From Promethearchaeota archaeon (GTDB lineage: Archaea; Asgardarchaeota; Heimdallarchaeia; Hodarchaeales; Hodarchaeaceae), in assembly GCA_048938105.1 (NCBI GenBank), contig JBHLMN010000009.1, forward strand, positions 160,001-224,000: DNA of 64,000 nucleotides, in the 5' to 3' direction. Positions 39,485 through 48,658 of the stretch are shown piece after piece (positions within the stretch are counted from its first letter, which is position 1; each line of letters opens with the position of its first letter). A program made the translations under genes and the position numbers. The notes beneath the pieces were generated by a model. It saw only the letters and a list, made by a program, of their open reading frames with translations. It ran no database searches and was not told where the DNA came from.

Positions 39485-40819
39485 TTAAGGCACCTTGTTA
39501 ATTTTTAGATGTTCTAGTCCTTGTTCCATGGTAATAAAAAAGAGTATGATAATTGAAGCTAGAGAAGCAAGGGCCGAAACAAGAAAGATTTCTGGTGGAG
39601 GAATATACCCAGGTTCACCATTCAGAAGAGTTGGCACCCCAAATGTTTCAACAACAAAAGCACCAATTGGGGGTCCTATCACCATTGGGATAAGAACAAA
39701 AAAAATCATACGAGGGCCTTGAAATCTTCCTATGTCCTCAGATGGATAGTTGTCTTGTATCCATGCTCCAAGAGTTATTCCTGAGACCATCCACAAACTA
39801 ATACTCGATCCTGCGACTAGAATAATAGGAAATAAGTCTGCTGTTTGTACTAACATATATCCTATTCCAGGAATTAATCCTAGAATGGGTATTATAAACA
39901 GTACAACTTTTCTATTGAATTTATGACTTATAAAACCATAGAAAATCGAAATAATAACGGCAATTAAAATAATTGCGGCTCCTATTATACTGATTTCTGA
40001 TTTTGTGAAGCCTAAGTGATGTTCGAAGTAGATAAATTGATATGGGTAGGAAATATTCGATGCTATCCCCGTTAGGGCCATATAACTGAATAATAAATAC
40101 AATAATCTGTTTTCTTTCATTGTCGACGGTTTTAAGGTATCAATTAAATCCTGAAGTATGGGTTTACCTGTTGTTTGTACTTCAACTGTAGGAATTGGTT
40201 CTTTCAAGATAAACGCAGTTATAATTCCAGTTAATGACACAAAACCCCCTAATATATAGAAAAAAATGAAATACCCATAAGTGTCGATGACAAACCCTGC
40301 TGCTCCAAGAGCAATAAGATTAGCTAACAAAGTAGTCGTTGAAATAATACCTTGTAAACGTCCCCTGTTGGTTGGATCAGTGATGTCTGTGACCCAAGCA
40401 TTATATGCTGCATCATTAGCAGTCGAACCGAAAAAGGTCATTATTGCGTCAGCAATTATCACCATAACAACAGCAATCCCAACATCATCAATCCAAGAGG
40501 CGGTAGGAAATAGAGCTGTAGTAACCCCCCAAAAGATATAACCAACAACTAAATAAGGCTTACGACGCCCCCATCTAAATTTGGTTCTATCTGAAAGAGA
40601 TCCCATGATATAAGTTGTAACAGTAGCGATTATAGCACTTACAGCGACCATCCAAGCAACAGGTTGAGGATTGGGAGTTAATTCATCAAATACAAATGTA
40701 TTAAACCATGAGTTCTCTACTGCCCAAGCGATTTGCCCTGAAATACCCAAGATGAAAATAATGAACCAGTTTCGTGAACTAATACTTTTTATCTTGAACT
40801 TCTCTGCATTATTATCCAA
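39485..40819 (-). CDS. MFS transporter (glycoside/sugar type)
   Basis: ~12 [16 protein letters not shown] motif A. Confidence 0.9.
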   Translation of the reverse strand: MDNNAEKFKIKSISSRNWFIIFILGISGQIAWAVENSWFNTFVFDELTPNPQPVAWMVAVSAIIATVTTYIMGSLSDRTKFRWGRRKPYLVVGYIFWGVTTALFPTASWIDDVGIAVVMVIIADAIMTFFGSTANDAAYNAWVTDITDPTNRGRLQGIISTTTLLANLIALGAAGFVIDTYGYFIFFYILGGFVSLTGIITAFILKEPIPTVEVQTTGKPILQDLIDTLKPSTMKENRLLYLLFSYMALTGIASNISYPYQFIYFEHHLGFTKSEISIIGAAIILIAVIISIFYGFISHKFNRKVVLFIIPILGLIPGIGYMLVQTADLFPIILVAGSSISLWMVSGITLGAWIQDNYPSEDIGRFQGPRMIFFVLIPMVIGPPIGAFVVETFGVPTLLNGEPGYIPPPEIFLVSALASLASIIILFFITMEQGLEHLKINKVP

Positions 40820-40884
40820 AATAATTACCTTTAATTAGCAGATGTTTTAGAAAGACAGATGTGAAATGGATAGACCCTCTCTGA

Positions 40885-43251
40885 CTAAAAACTTCCATGT
40901 TCAGTTCGTCTAATGATTTCATCCTGTAATTCAGGTATCAGATCAACAAAATAATCGCTATAACCAGCAACGCGAACTATCAAATCACGATACTTCTCTG
41001 GATTCATCTGAGCTTGTCGTAAGGTATCTGCAGTTACTACATTAAATTGGATATGGTGACTATCAAGTTTAAAATGAGCTCGTATTAGATGCATCAATTT
41101 CTCAATACCTTCCTCTGTTGACAAAAGCTCTGGACTGAATTTTTGATTCAGAAGAGTCCCCCCCGTCCTTAAATGATCAATTTTTGATACAGATTTAATC
41201 ACTGCAGTCGGTCCTTTTCTATCAGCTCCCTGCACAGGAGAAATGCCTTCAGAAAGAGGTTCGCCATTTTTCTTCCCATCAGGCATAGCACCAGTCATTT
41301 GTCCAAAATAGATATGAACAGTTGTGGGAAGAAGGTTGATCCTATGATGACCACCCTTCGTATTGGGACGTCCGTCAATAGCATTAAAATAACTCTCAAA
41401 AATTCGTTTAGTAATACTATCAGCATAATCGTCATCATTACCATATCTAGGAGTATCATTCACGAAGCGGTTTCTAAGTTCCTCAAATCCAGTAAAATCT
41501 GCTTTTAGAGCTTGAAGAAGTTCCTCCATACTAATAAAAGTATTATCAAAAATATTGTATTTAATTGAGGTCAATGAATCAGTCATACTACCTAAACCCA
41601 CACCTTGGATATAGGTGGTGTTATATCTAGCTCCACCCGCATTATAGTCTTTACCATTAGCTATACAATCATCAATCAAGAGAGAGAGAAAGGGAGCGGG
41701 CATATATTTTGCATAAATCCGTTCAATGATATTATTTCCTTTAATTTTGATATCTATGAAATATCTCAACTGTTCCTCATAAGCAGCGTAAAGTTCATCG
41801 AAGGTACTGAAAGTTGTTGGATCACCAGTTTTTATACCAATTTGTTTACCTGTTTTAGGGTCAGTACCGTTGTTAAGAGTAATTTCCAACACTTTTGGCA
41901 TATTAAAATAACCAGTTAAAATATAGGATTCTGTTCCGAAGGCACCAGTCTCTACACATCCACTAGCCCCTCCTTTTCGTGCATCTTTCAATGATTTCCC
42001 TTGACGAATCATTTCTTGAATAATTGCTTCACAGTTAAAAATGGAAGGTTGACCATAACCAGTTTTAATGATTTTCAAAGCTCGTTTAATTAAGCGGTTG
42101 GGATTCTTCTTACTTAATTGAAGCATGGAACTAGGTTGTACTAACCGCATTTCTTCGACAATATCTAGCAGTAAATATGAGAGTTCATTTGTTGCATCTG
42201 ATCCATCTTCCTTCACTCCCCCAATATTAATCAGGGTAAAATCTGTATAAGTATTACTTTCTTTAGCAGTTACACCAACTTTGGGTGGGGCTGGTTGGTT
42301 ATTAAATTTAACCCAAAAAGCTTGGAGTAGTTCTATGACTTTCCCTCTAGTTAATGTTCCCTCCTCCAGCTCTTTTTTATAGAAAGGATAAAGATGCTGA
42401 TCTAGACGTCCAGGATTAAATGAGTCCCAGGTATTCAACTCGATAGTTACTCCCAAATGCACAAACCAATAATATTGCAATGCTTCCCAGAGAGTTCTAG
42501 GTGCATGAGCTGGTACCCATTGGCAGATTTCAGCCATTTTTAATAATTCTATAGCACGATTACTATCTTTCTCCTCACTTGCCTGTTCCTTTAATGCTTT
42601 AGAGTAGCGATGAGCGTAAGTAATTAACGCAGTAGTAGCAATATCCATTGCTTTTAATTCTTCTCTTTTATCAAAGGCTTCGGGGTCATTATAGAAATCT
42701 AGGTTGTTAATAGACTGTTTAATTTCTTCTTTAAGATCCAAAAATCCTTTCCTGTATATTATATCACCTAAAACTGTATGACCTGGAGCTCTTTGCTCTT
42801 GAAATTCAGTAAATACACCCGCTTCATATGCAGCTTTCCATTCTTCTGAAACTGAACCAAATATTATGTCCCTGATGGATCTTCCTTTCTCCCAAAAAGG
42901 AATGATAGTGTTTCGATATATATTTCGTGTTTCCTCAATGACATTAAATGATATTTTTTTCCTAGATTTTAATATTTCAAGGTCTCTCAGGCTATGGACA
43001 CATAACTCAGGATAAGTAGGCGCAGCTTTAGGTTTTGATCCTTTCTCTCCAACTATCAGTTCCCCATAGTTAATACAGAGCTTCTTATTCTCTAAGATGT
43101 ACTTGAAAGCTAATGCACGCTTTACAGGGATTGAAACGCGGTCAGCAATTTCGCTTTGATAAAATTGTGTAAGTAATTCTGCTCTTTCAGGATCTAACCA
43201 AGGTTTTGCTTCTAAGCTTTGTTCACGTAGCCGCTTTATACGCTCATTCAT
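40885..43251 (-). CDS. hypD: Glycyl radical enzyme, trans-4-hydroxy-L-proline dehydratase type
   Basis: EQRAPGHT, NTWDSFNPGRLDQ, ESNTYTDF, SGCVE, TGYFN, LLPTT, RVAGYS. Confidence 0.88.
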   Translation of the reverse strand: MNERIKRLREQSLEAKPWLDPERAELLTQFYQSEIADRVSIPVKRALAFKYILENKKLCINYGELIVGEKGSKPKAAPTYPELCVHSLRDLEILKSRKKISFNVIEETRNIYRNTIIPFWEKGRSIRDIIFGSVSEEWKAAYEAGVFTEFQEQRAPGHTVLGDIIYRKGFLDLKEEIKQSINNLDFYNDPEAFDKREELKAMDIATTALITYAHRYSKALKEQASEEKDSNRAIELLKMAEICQWVPAHAPRTLWEALQYYWFVHLGVTIELNTWDSFNPGRLDQHLYPFYKKELEEGTLTRGKVIELLQAFWVKFNNQPAPPKVGVTAKESNTYTDFTLINIGGVKEDGSDATNELSYLLLDIVEEMRLVQPSSMLQLSKKNPNRLIKRALKIIKTGYGQPSIFNCEAIIQEMIRQGKSLKDARKGGASGCVETGAFGTESYILTGYFNMPKVLEITLNNGTDPKTGKQIGIKTGDPTTFSTFDELYAAYEEQLRYFIDIKIKGNNIIERIYAKYMPAPFLSLLIDDCIANGKDYNAGGARYNTTYIQGVGLGSMTDSLTSIKYNIFDNTFISMEELLQALKADFTGFEELRNRFVNDTPRYGNDDDYADSITKRIFESYFNAIDGRPNTKGGHHRINLLPTTVHIYFGQMTGAMPDGKKNGEPLSEGISPVQGADRKGPTAVIKSVSKIDHLRTGGTLLNQKFSPELLSTEEGIEKLMHLIRAHFKLDSHHIQFNVVTADTLRQAQMNPEKYRDLIVRVAGYSDYFVDLIPELQDEIIRRTEHGSF

Positions 43252-43254
43252 TGA

Positions 43255-44040
43255 TTAACCTCCAAGTTTAGTTGTGAATCCAAGACCTCTAAATGTATCT
43301 AATAATTGATCCAACCTATCTGGCGATGGTGGGTCAAGATCAAGCATTTTATTTTCGCGATTCAATTTTTTGTACTTGCTGTAACCAATTTTGTGAAACG
43401 GAAGAAGATTAATTTCTCTTACAGTTTCAAGTTTGGATATCCATTCAGCCAATTGGTTAATATTTTCTTCTGTTTCTGTAATTCCAGTAATAACAGGGAA
43501 GCGAATAATTATTTTCTTTTCCTCTTTATCAAGTTTCTTCAGATTAGAGAGGATGGGTAAAACTGATACTCCAGTATATTTCAGATGTTTTTTATCATCA
43601 ATCATCTTAAGATCATATAAAAAAAGATCTACTTTATCCTTAACTTTTTTAACAATCTCCCAGGATGCATATCCACATGTATCGAGTGTTGTAGTAAGTT
43701 CCCTCTCCTGACATGCAATTAATAAGCAATCCAAAAAGTCAGGTTGCATCAAAGGTTCTCCACCAGAAAAAGTTACTCCACCACTAGATTCATCGTAAAA
43801 AATCAAATCCTTTTCTATTTCAGCTATAACCTCTTCAACGCTTATCTCTCGTCCAATAATCTCCTTTTGTGTATTCTGATTATTCCAAATTATCTCTGGT
43901 TTTGGATTTTGACCTTCTGGATTATGACACCACCAGCAATTTAATGGGCAGCCCTTCAAAAAAACAGTTGTACGAATACCAGGGCCATCATGGAGAGCAT
44001 ATTTCTTGATGTCAAAAATAACTCCTTTCGTTTCCATCAC
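43255..44040 (-). CDS. Glycyl-radical enzyme activating enzyme (radical SAM), short form without ferredoxin insert
   Basis: HDGPGIRTTVFLKGCPLNCWWCHNPE, SGGEP, LLPFH. Confidence 0.93.
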   Translation of the reverse strand: MMETKGVIFDIKKYALHDGPGIRTTVFLKGCPLNCWWCHNPEGQNPKPEIIWNNQNTQKEIIGREISVEEVIAEIEKDLIFYDESSGGVTFSGGEPLMQPDFLDCLLIACQERELTTTLDTCGYASWEIVKKVKDKVDLFLYDLKMIDDKKHLKYTGVSVLPILSNLKKLDKEEKKIIIRFPVITGITETEENINQLAEWISKLETVREINLLPFHKIGYSKYKKLNRENKMLDLDPPSPDRLDQLLDTFRGLGFTTKLGG

Positions 44041-44172
44041 GTATACACATTTTAAGAGGATGTGGACTTGTTATAAAGGTCAGTATGGAATTTGATTTAA
44101 CTTATTCTTTACAATTTCACTTTTTAATCAATTGTAAAATAGATCTATTGTTAAATATTTGGATGAATTTGA

Positions 44173-44607
44173 ATGGTAATATTTGCTACACCGATTACGC
44201 ACAAAGTATTAATCAGAGTAGAACGAACAAAAGTCTTTGATAGTCTAACAACTGCTGAGGGTTTAGACGGATGGTTTACAAACGGAGCTTATGTTGATAG
44301 ACGACCAGGAGGTAAAATTATCTTCAAATGGGTAGATTGGGGACCTGATAAAATTAATACGCAAGCAATATGCCCAATTGTTGAAGTCAATGTTCCTGAA
44401 CGTTTTGTGTTTAAATGGTGGGAAGATCATTATACAACCGTTGAAATAGACTTTATAGAGGTGGAAGAGGGAACATTAGTTAGTGTCAAAGAATATGGAT
44501 ACATGGATACCTTAGAAGGGCACCAACGTTGCCTTGAATGTGCTGTAGGGTGGGGGGAAGCACTGACTCTCCTCAAATTTTATTGCGAACATGGATTAAG
44601 ATATTAA
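44173..44607 (+). CDS. SRPBCC/AHSA1-like ligand-binding protein
   Basis: VFDSLTTAEGLDGWF, PERFVFKW, GWGEALTLLK. Confidence 0.85.
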   Translation: MVIFATPITHKVLIRVERTKVFDSLTTAEGLDGWFTNGAYVDRRPGGKIIFKWVDWGPDKINTQAICPIVEVNVPERFVFKWWEDHYTTVEIDFIEVEEGTLVSVKEYGYMDTLEGHQRCLECAVGWGEALTLLKFYCEHGLRY

Positions 44608-44658
44608 TAAATATGAAAGGAATAATGAAAGAAGGAGAAATGTAAATAAAATCTTTAG

Positions 44659-44840
44659 ATAATACCTAGGAGAGCTAGAGACTTAGGACTCATGTTGAAT
44701 GGTGAAGCTAGTAGAAAAATGCTATTACTGATATAGAAGAAGTGAAAATTGGACATTATACGATTATAAAGGCCAAAAAAAGGCTTCTTATTGTTGGAGA
44801 AAATCTTAATAGAACAGGATTTAGTGCATTTTTTCATTCC
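44659..44840 (+). pseudogene. Frameshifted 5' remnant of a DmpA / peptidase S58 gene
   Basis: Translates RARDLGLMLNGEASR (frameshift near 44717) NAITDIEEVKIGHYTI..LIVGE..RTGFSAF, matching the DmpA N-terminal pattern RARDLG..NAITDV.GV.VGH.T..RTGVTA. Confidence 0.7.
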
Positions 44841-44865
44841 TTGAATATTGTAAATCGGGATAAAT

Positions 44866-46098
44866 ATGAACTCTACATTTAAAAATCGAATAATTATATT
44901 AATTTTCTTTTTTGGTTTAGTTTCCATCTATCTGCCAGAAATTACTTGTAATACTAATCCTTCTCATAGTTTTATAACTGTAGAAGGCAAGACTTCATTT
45001 CCTAACAATGACCTTAGCTGGAACCTTAAATCGATCAGTGTGGATGGAGCATGGGAACTTACAAATGGTTCAAAAGCCGTAACTATTGCAATTATAGATT
45101 CTGGTATTGATTTCTCGATTCCTAACCTTCAAGGTTCAAATTGGATAAACAAAAACGAAACAGCCCTAAATGGTATCGATGATGATAATAATGGTTATAT
45201 TGATGATATTACAGGATGGGATTTCGTTTCCGTTGATAATACTCCATATGAAGGGGATAGTCATTGGCATGGATCATATGTGGCTAATTGGGCGAAGGAG
45301 GTGGCTCCTAATGTTTCAATTATGGATCTCCGAATTCTCGATAGCGAAAATAGCTTTAATGGATCTTTCTGGAAGCACATTGTTGCAGCAGTAAATTATT
45401 CTATTAACATGGATGCTGATGTTATTAATCTCAGTATTTGGTGTTATGGTGTACCTCCATCAAGTTTTCATGATATATTAAAGCGAGCGATCGCTGAAGG
45501 GATAGTAATTGTTGGAACAACAGGAAATACATGGGATGATTCCTCCACAAAAGGGGTTCAATATCCTGGTAAATTTCCTGAAGTTATTGCAACTTCATCT
45601 ATAAGTTCAAATCAAAAAATATCAACTTTTTCACGTAAAGGCCCTGAAAATGAAATTTGCGCTCCTGGGGAAAATCTAGCACCACTTGGATCAATAAGAG
45701 CTAACGGAACATCTTTTGCAGCACCACATGTTTGTGGTTGCATAGCTCTTATGAAGTCGATAAATAAGAGTTTGACTCCAGTTGATGTTCGTACCATCCT
45801 AGCTTCAACTGCTAATGATAAAGGTCTACCAGGTAGAGATGAGAGCTATGGATATGGTTTACTCAATGTAACCAATGCAGTTCGAGGAGCAGCAGGATTA
45901 CAGATTTGGAATTATACAATGGTTCCAGTAAGCACTACAACTGATGATATCACTCGTACAGCAACAACTTCAAAAGAGAATTCCTCAACGATGATTACAA
46001 CAACGACTGAAACATCAACTTCTCACCAGACTAATTTCTTAATCCTAGAAATGATCTGTATTGTGTTTGTATTACTTAGGAAAAAGAAGAGAACTTAA
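44866..46098 (+). CDS. Secreted S8 subtilisin-like serine protease with Thr/Ser linker and C-terminal membrane anchor
   Basis: Signal peptide; IIDSG, HGSYVA, GTSFAAPHV; TM plus RKKKRT tail. Confidence 0.9.
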   Translation: MNSTFKNRIIILIFFFGLVSIYLPEITCNTNPSHSFITVEGKTSFPNNDLSWNLKSISVDGAWELTNGSKAVTIAIIDSGIDFSIPNLQGSNWINKNETALNGIDDDNNGYIDDITGWDFVSVDNTPYEGDSHWHGSYVANWAKEVAPNVSIMDLRILDSENSFNGSFWKHIVAAVNYSINMDADVINLSIWCYGVPPSSFHDILKRAIAEGIVIVGTTGNTWDDSSTKGVQYPGKFPEVIATSSISSNQKISTFSRKGPENEICAPGENLAPLGSIRANGTSFAAPHVCGCIALMKSINKSLTPVDVRTILASTANDKGLPGRDESYGYGLLNVTNAVRGAAGLQIWNYTMVPVSTTTDDITRTATTSKENSSTMITTTTETSTSHQTNFLILEMICIVFVLLRKKKRT

Positions 46099-46233
46099 TC
46101 TATAGTTCCTCTATGATATCTAGGCAAATTTATTTTCGTTAAGTATTATTAAACAAATAAGATTGTTATTAACAATGCAATTTATGCTGTAGAAATGCCT
46201 ATAATCCCTTATGGAATCCCATGAGCTGAATAT

Positions 46234-47286
46234 ATGAAGAAACCAAAATTATTTATAAACACTTTTGACCCACAAACTGCATCTGATGATGTTTGGGAGA
46301 AGTTTTTTGAAGCTTATAAGAAATATCAGGAAGAGATGTATCCTGGTGACCCTCTACCTTCAAATGATAGATTGAAGAAAGAAATGAAGAATCCAGGTCC
46401 AGATCCTAAGGATTTTCGTTGGTTAGTCTTTTCAGAGGAAACAAATATGAATGTTATCGGGTATGGGAGAGTTACAATATACAACGAATCGTCCCCAGCT
46501 TATCAGTCGAATAAACACGTTGCCTCTGGAATGCTCTTCATCGATAAGGAGTACCGACGTCTCGGGATTGGCACTGAATTACTCATGATCCTTGTAACTA
46601 AAGTGAAACGAGAACAAAAGACTGTATTTCAGGGAGGAAGTCAACATGAATCTGGAAAGGAATTTTGTCAAAAATTTGGGGCTAAAATTGCTTTAACAGA
46701 AGAGGAAAACAGATTGAACCTTGAAGATGTTGATTGGGATATGATAAATGAATGGAAAATTGAGGGGCCAAAACGAGCGGAGGGAGTAACTATTGAAATG
46801 TTTGAGACTGTACCAGAGAAAGATATCGAAGAATATTGTAAGATTTACGCTGAAACTTTAAATCAAGTTCCAAAAGGAGAATTGGAATGGGAGGCTGTAG
46901 AGACGCCTAAGACAAGAAGAATTCGAGAAAAACGTCGTAAGCTACTAGGAGCAACCTGGACCACAATGATCACAAGAGAAGAGAATGGAGTAATCAGTGG
47001 ATTGACAGAAACGATTTACAATCCTGATCGCGAAACTCTCTTATTTCAAGCATTAACTGGTGTAAAAAAAGAATACCGGGGGAGAGGACTAGGAAAATGG
47101 TTGAAAGCCGAAATGGTAACTTATATTAAGAAGACGTTTCCAGAAGTCAAGTACCTTGTTACAGATTTCTCTATTACTAATGCACCCATGATAGCTATTA
47201 ATAAACGATTAGGTTTCAAGAAACATATGATGTGGACTGAATATAAGTTCAACGTAGAGGATTTATGTCAGCGCTTAGGACTTTAA
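46234..47286 (+). CDS. Tandem GNAT acetyltransferase
   Basis: YRRLGIG; TGVKKEYRGRGLGKWLK; NAPMIAINKRLGF. Confidence 0.88.
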   Translation: MKKPKLFINTFDPQTASDDVWEKFFEAYKKYQEEMYPGDPLPSNDRLKKEMKNPGPDPKDFRWLVFSEETNMNVIGYGRVTIYNESSPAYQSNKHVASGMLFIDKEYRRLGIGTELLMILVTKVKREQKTVFQGGSQHESGKEFCQKFGAKIALTEEENRLNLEDVDWDMINEWKIEGPKRAEGVTIEMFETVPEKDIEEYCKIYAETLNQVPKGELEWEAVETPKTRRIREKRRKLLGATWTTMITREENGVISGLTETIYNPDRETLLFQALTGVKKEYRGRGLGKWLKAEMVTYIKKTFPEVKYLVTDFSITNAPMIAINKRLGFKKHMMWTEYKFNVEDLCQRLGL

Positions 47287-47319
47287 ACGAAAAAGAGATT
47301 ATCCTCTGAAAAAAGAGAG

Positions 47320-48009
47320 TTAATCTTTGCGATTGACATAGATTACACAAAAAATACTAGATTGATCAACCTCCTCAATTGTAACATTTAATCCCATTTC
47401 TGAAGTAATAGTAGAAAAATCTTCAACAGTGTACGTTGTCGCCTTAAAACCATCTTTGCATATAATAACACCCCTACCAGTCTTTTCTAAATCAATTTCC
47501 CCAAGTAAACCCTCTTCTGATTGTTTAATAAACCAATCGAGTCGTGCTTCCCAAATTTTATCGGAATAACTAGAAAAAAGAACTTTCCCTCCTGATTTAG
47601 TGACCCTAATGCTTTCTTGAATTAGTTTTTGAGGATTAACTTTAAACGCAGATATTCCGTTTTGAATAGCCATAACTACATCAAATGTTTTGTTCTTAAA
47701 ATTGAGAGATGCAGCATTCATTTTATGCAACTTAACGTTAAGGAACTCTGCTAGGAACTCATACGCATACAGAAGACTATCCTTTGAAGTGTCAATACCA
47801 TAAATAGAACTTGCTTTCATTGCTAATCTAGCTAATACTCTTCCATACCCACAACCAAGCTCAAGTATAACATCGGTTGTCTTAATATTATCCAGGACAT
47901 ATTGGATTTCAGCTTCTAAATATTGTTGAATTCGGGGAGGAGCTATATCGTAACATCGCTTCAAATTTAATGCAGAAAGTTTTTTCAAGTAATATTCTTT
48001 CTCATCCAT
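47320..48009 (-). CDS. Class I SAM-dependent methyltransferase
   Basis: ILELGCGYGR, FDVV, RVTKSGG. Confidence 0.9.
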   Translation of the reverse strand: MDEKEYYLKKLSALNLKRCYDIAPPRIQQYLEAEIQYVLDNIKTTDVILELGCGYGRVLARLAMKASSIYGIDTSKDSLLYAYEFLAEFLNVKLHKMNAASLNFKNKTFDVVMAIQNGISAFKVNPQKLIQESIRVTKSGGKVLFSSYSDKIWEARLDWFIKQSEEGLLGEIDLEKTGRGVIICKDGFKATTYTVEDFSTITSEMGLNVTIEEVDQSSIFCVIYVNRKD

Positions 48010-48046
48010 TTCTTTGACCTTAAAGTTTCAAATTAGAGGATATTTT

Positions 48047-48559
48047 CTAGTCACACGACCAAAAATGTTCATATTTTTTTAGATACGGCCTTTGTTTCAC
48101 AATTTCATTCCATTCTAGGTTCGACACCATAGGCTGACAGTGAAGAGCTTTCTTAACAATCATTTTAGTGTATTCAGGAACTTCTAGATCCTCATTTAAC
48201 TCATTCATTGTAACCCATCGAATTTCTCGGATTTCTTCATTTTCTTTAATTAGAGGTTTTGGATCAGATTCAAGCTGACAAAGAAAAATGCAGTAAAGAT
48301 CAGTTAAGTTATCTGTTGCACGAACCATACTCCTCATTCCAATTATTCCAAGTGGTTTTATTTCCTGTCCAGTCTCTTCTGAAATTTCTCTTTTTATTGC
48401 TTCTTGTAATGTTTCCCCAGGATCAACAAGACCCCCTGGAATTAACCACTTGCCTTTTGCTGGACCATAAGTCAGTTTAACTAATAAGACTCTAGCGTTA
48501 TGAAATATCACACCTCCAACCCCAATAAAGTGACACGCTACTTCCTTTGGATAAGACAT
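48047..48559 (-). CDS. Nudix hydrolase
   Basis: PGGLVDPGETLQEAIKREISEETG Nudix box. Confidence 0.92.
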   Translation of the reverse strand: MSYPKEVACHFIGVGGVIFHNARVLLVKLTYGPAKGKWLIPGGLVDPGETLQEAIKREISEETGQEIKPLGIIGMRSMVRATDNLTDLYCIFLCQLESDPKPLIKENEEIREIRWVTMNELNEDLEVPEYTKMIVKKALHCQPMVSNLEWNEIVKQRPYLKKYEHFWSCD

Positions 48560-48658
48560 AGTAAAAATACCTCTCTCGGAGCTCCTCTGATCATAATTTC
48601 ATCTGAGAAGGGGGAATATTATTATAAATGACTATAACTAGGTATTCCGAGGATACAT

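Noticed and set aside
44655-44927. 90-aa minus-strand ORF
   Set aside because: Low-complexity translation; the plus strand is better explained as a DmpA relic and the S8 gene start
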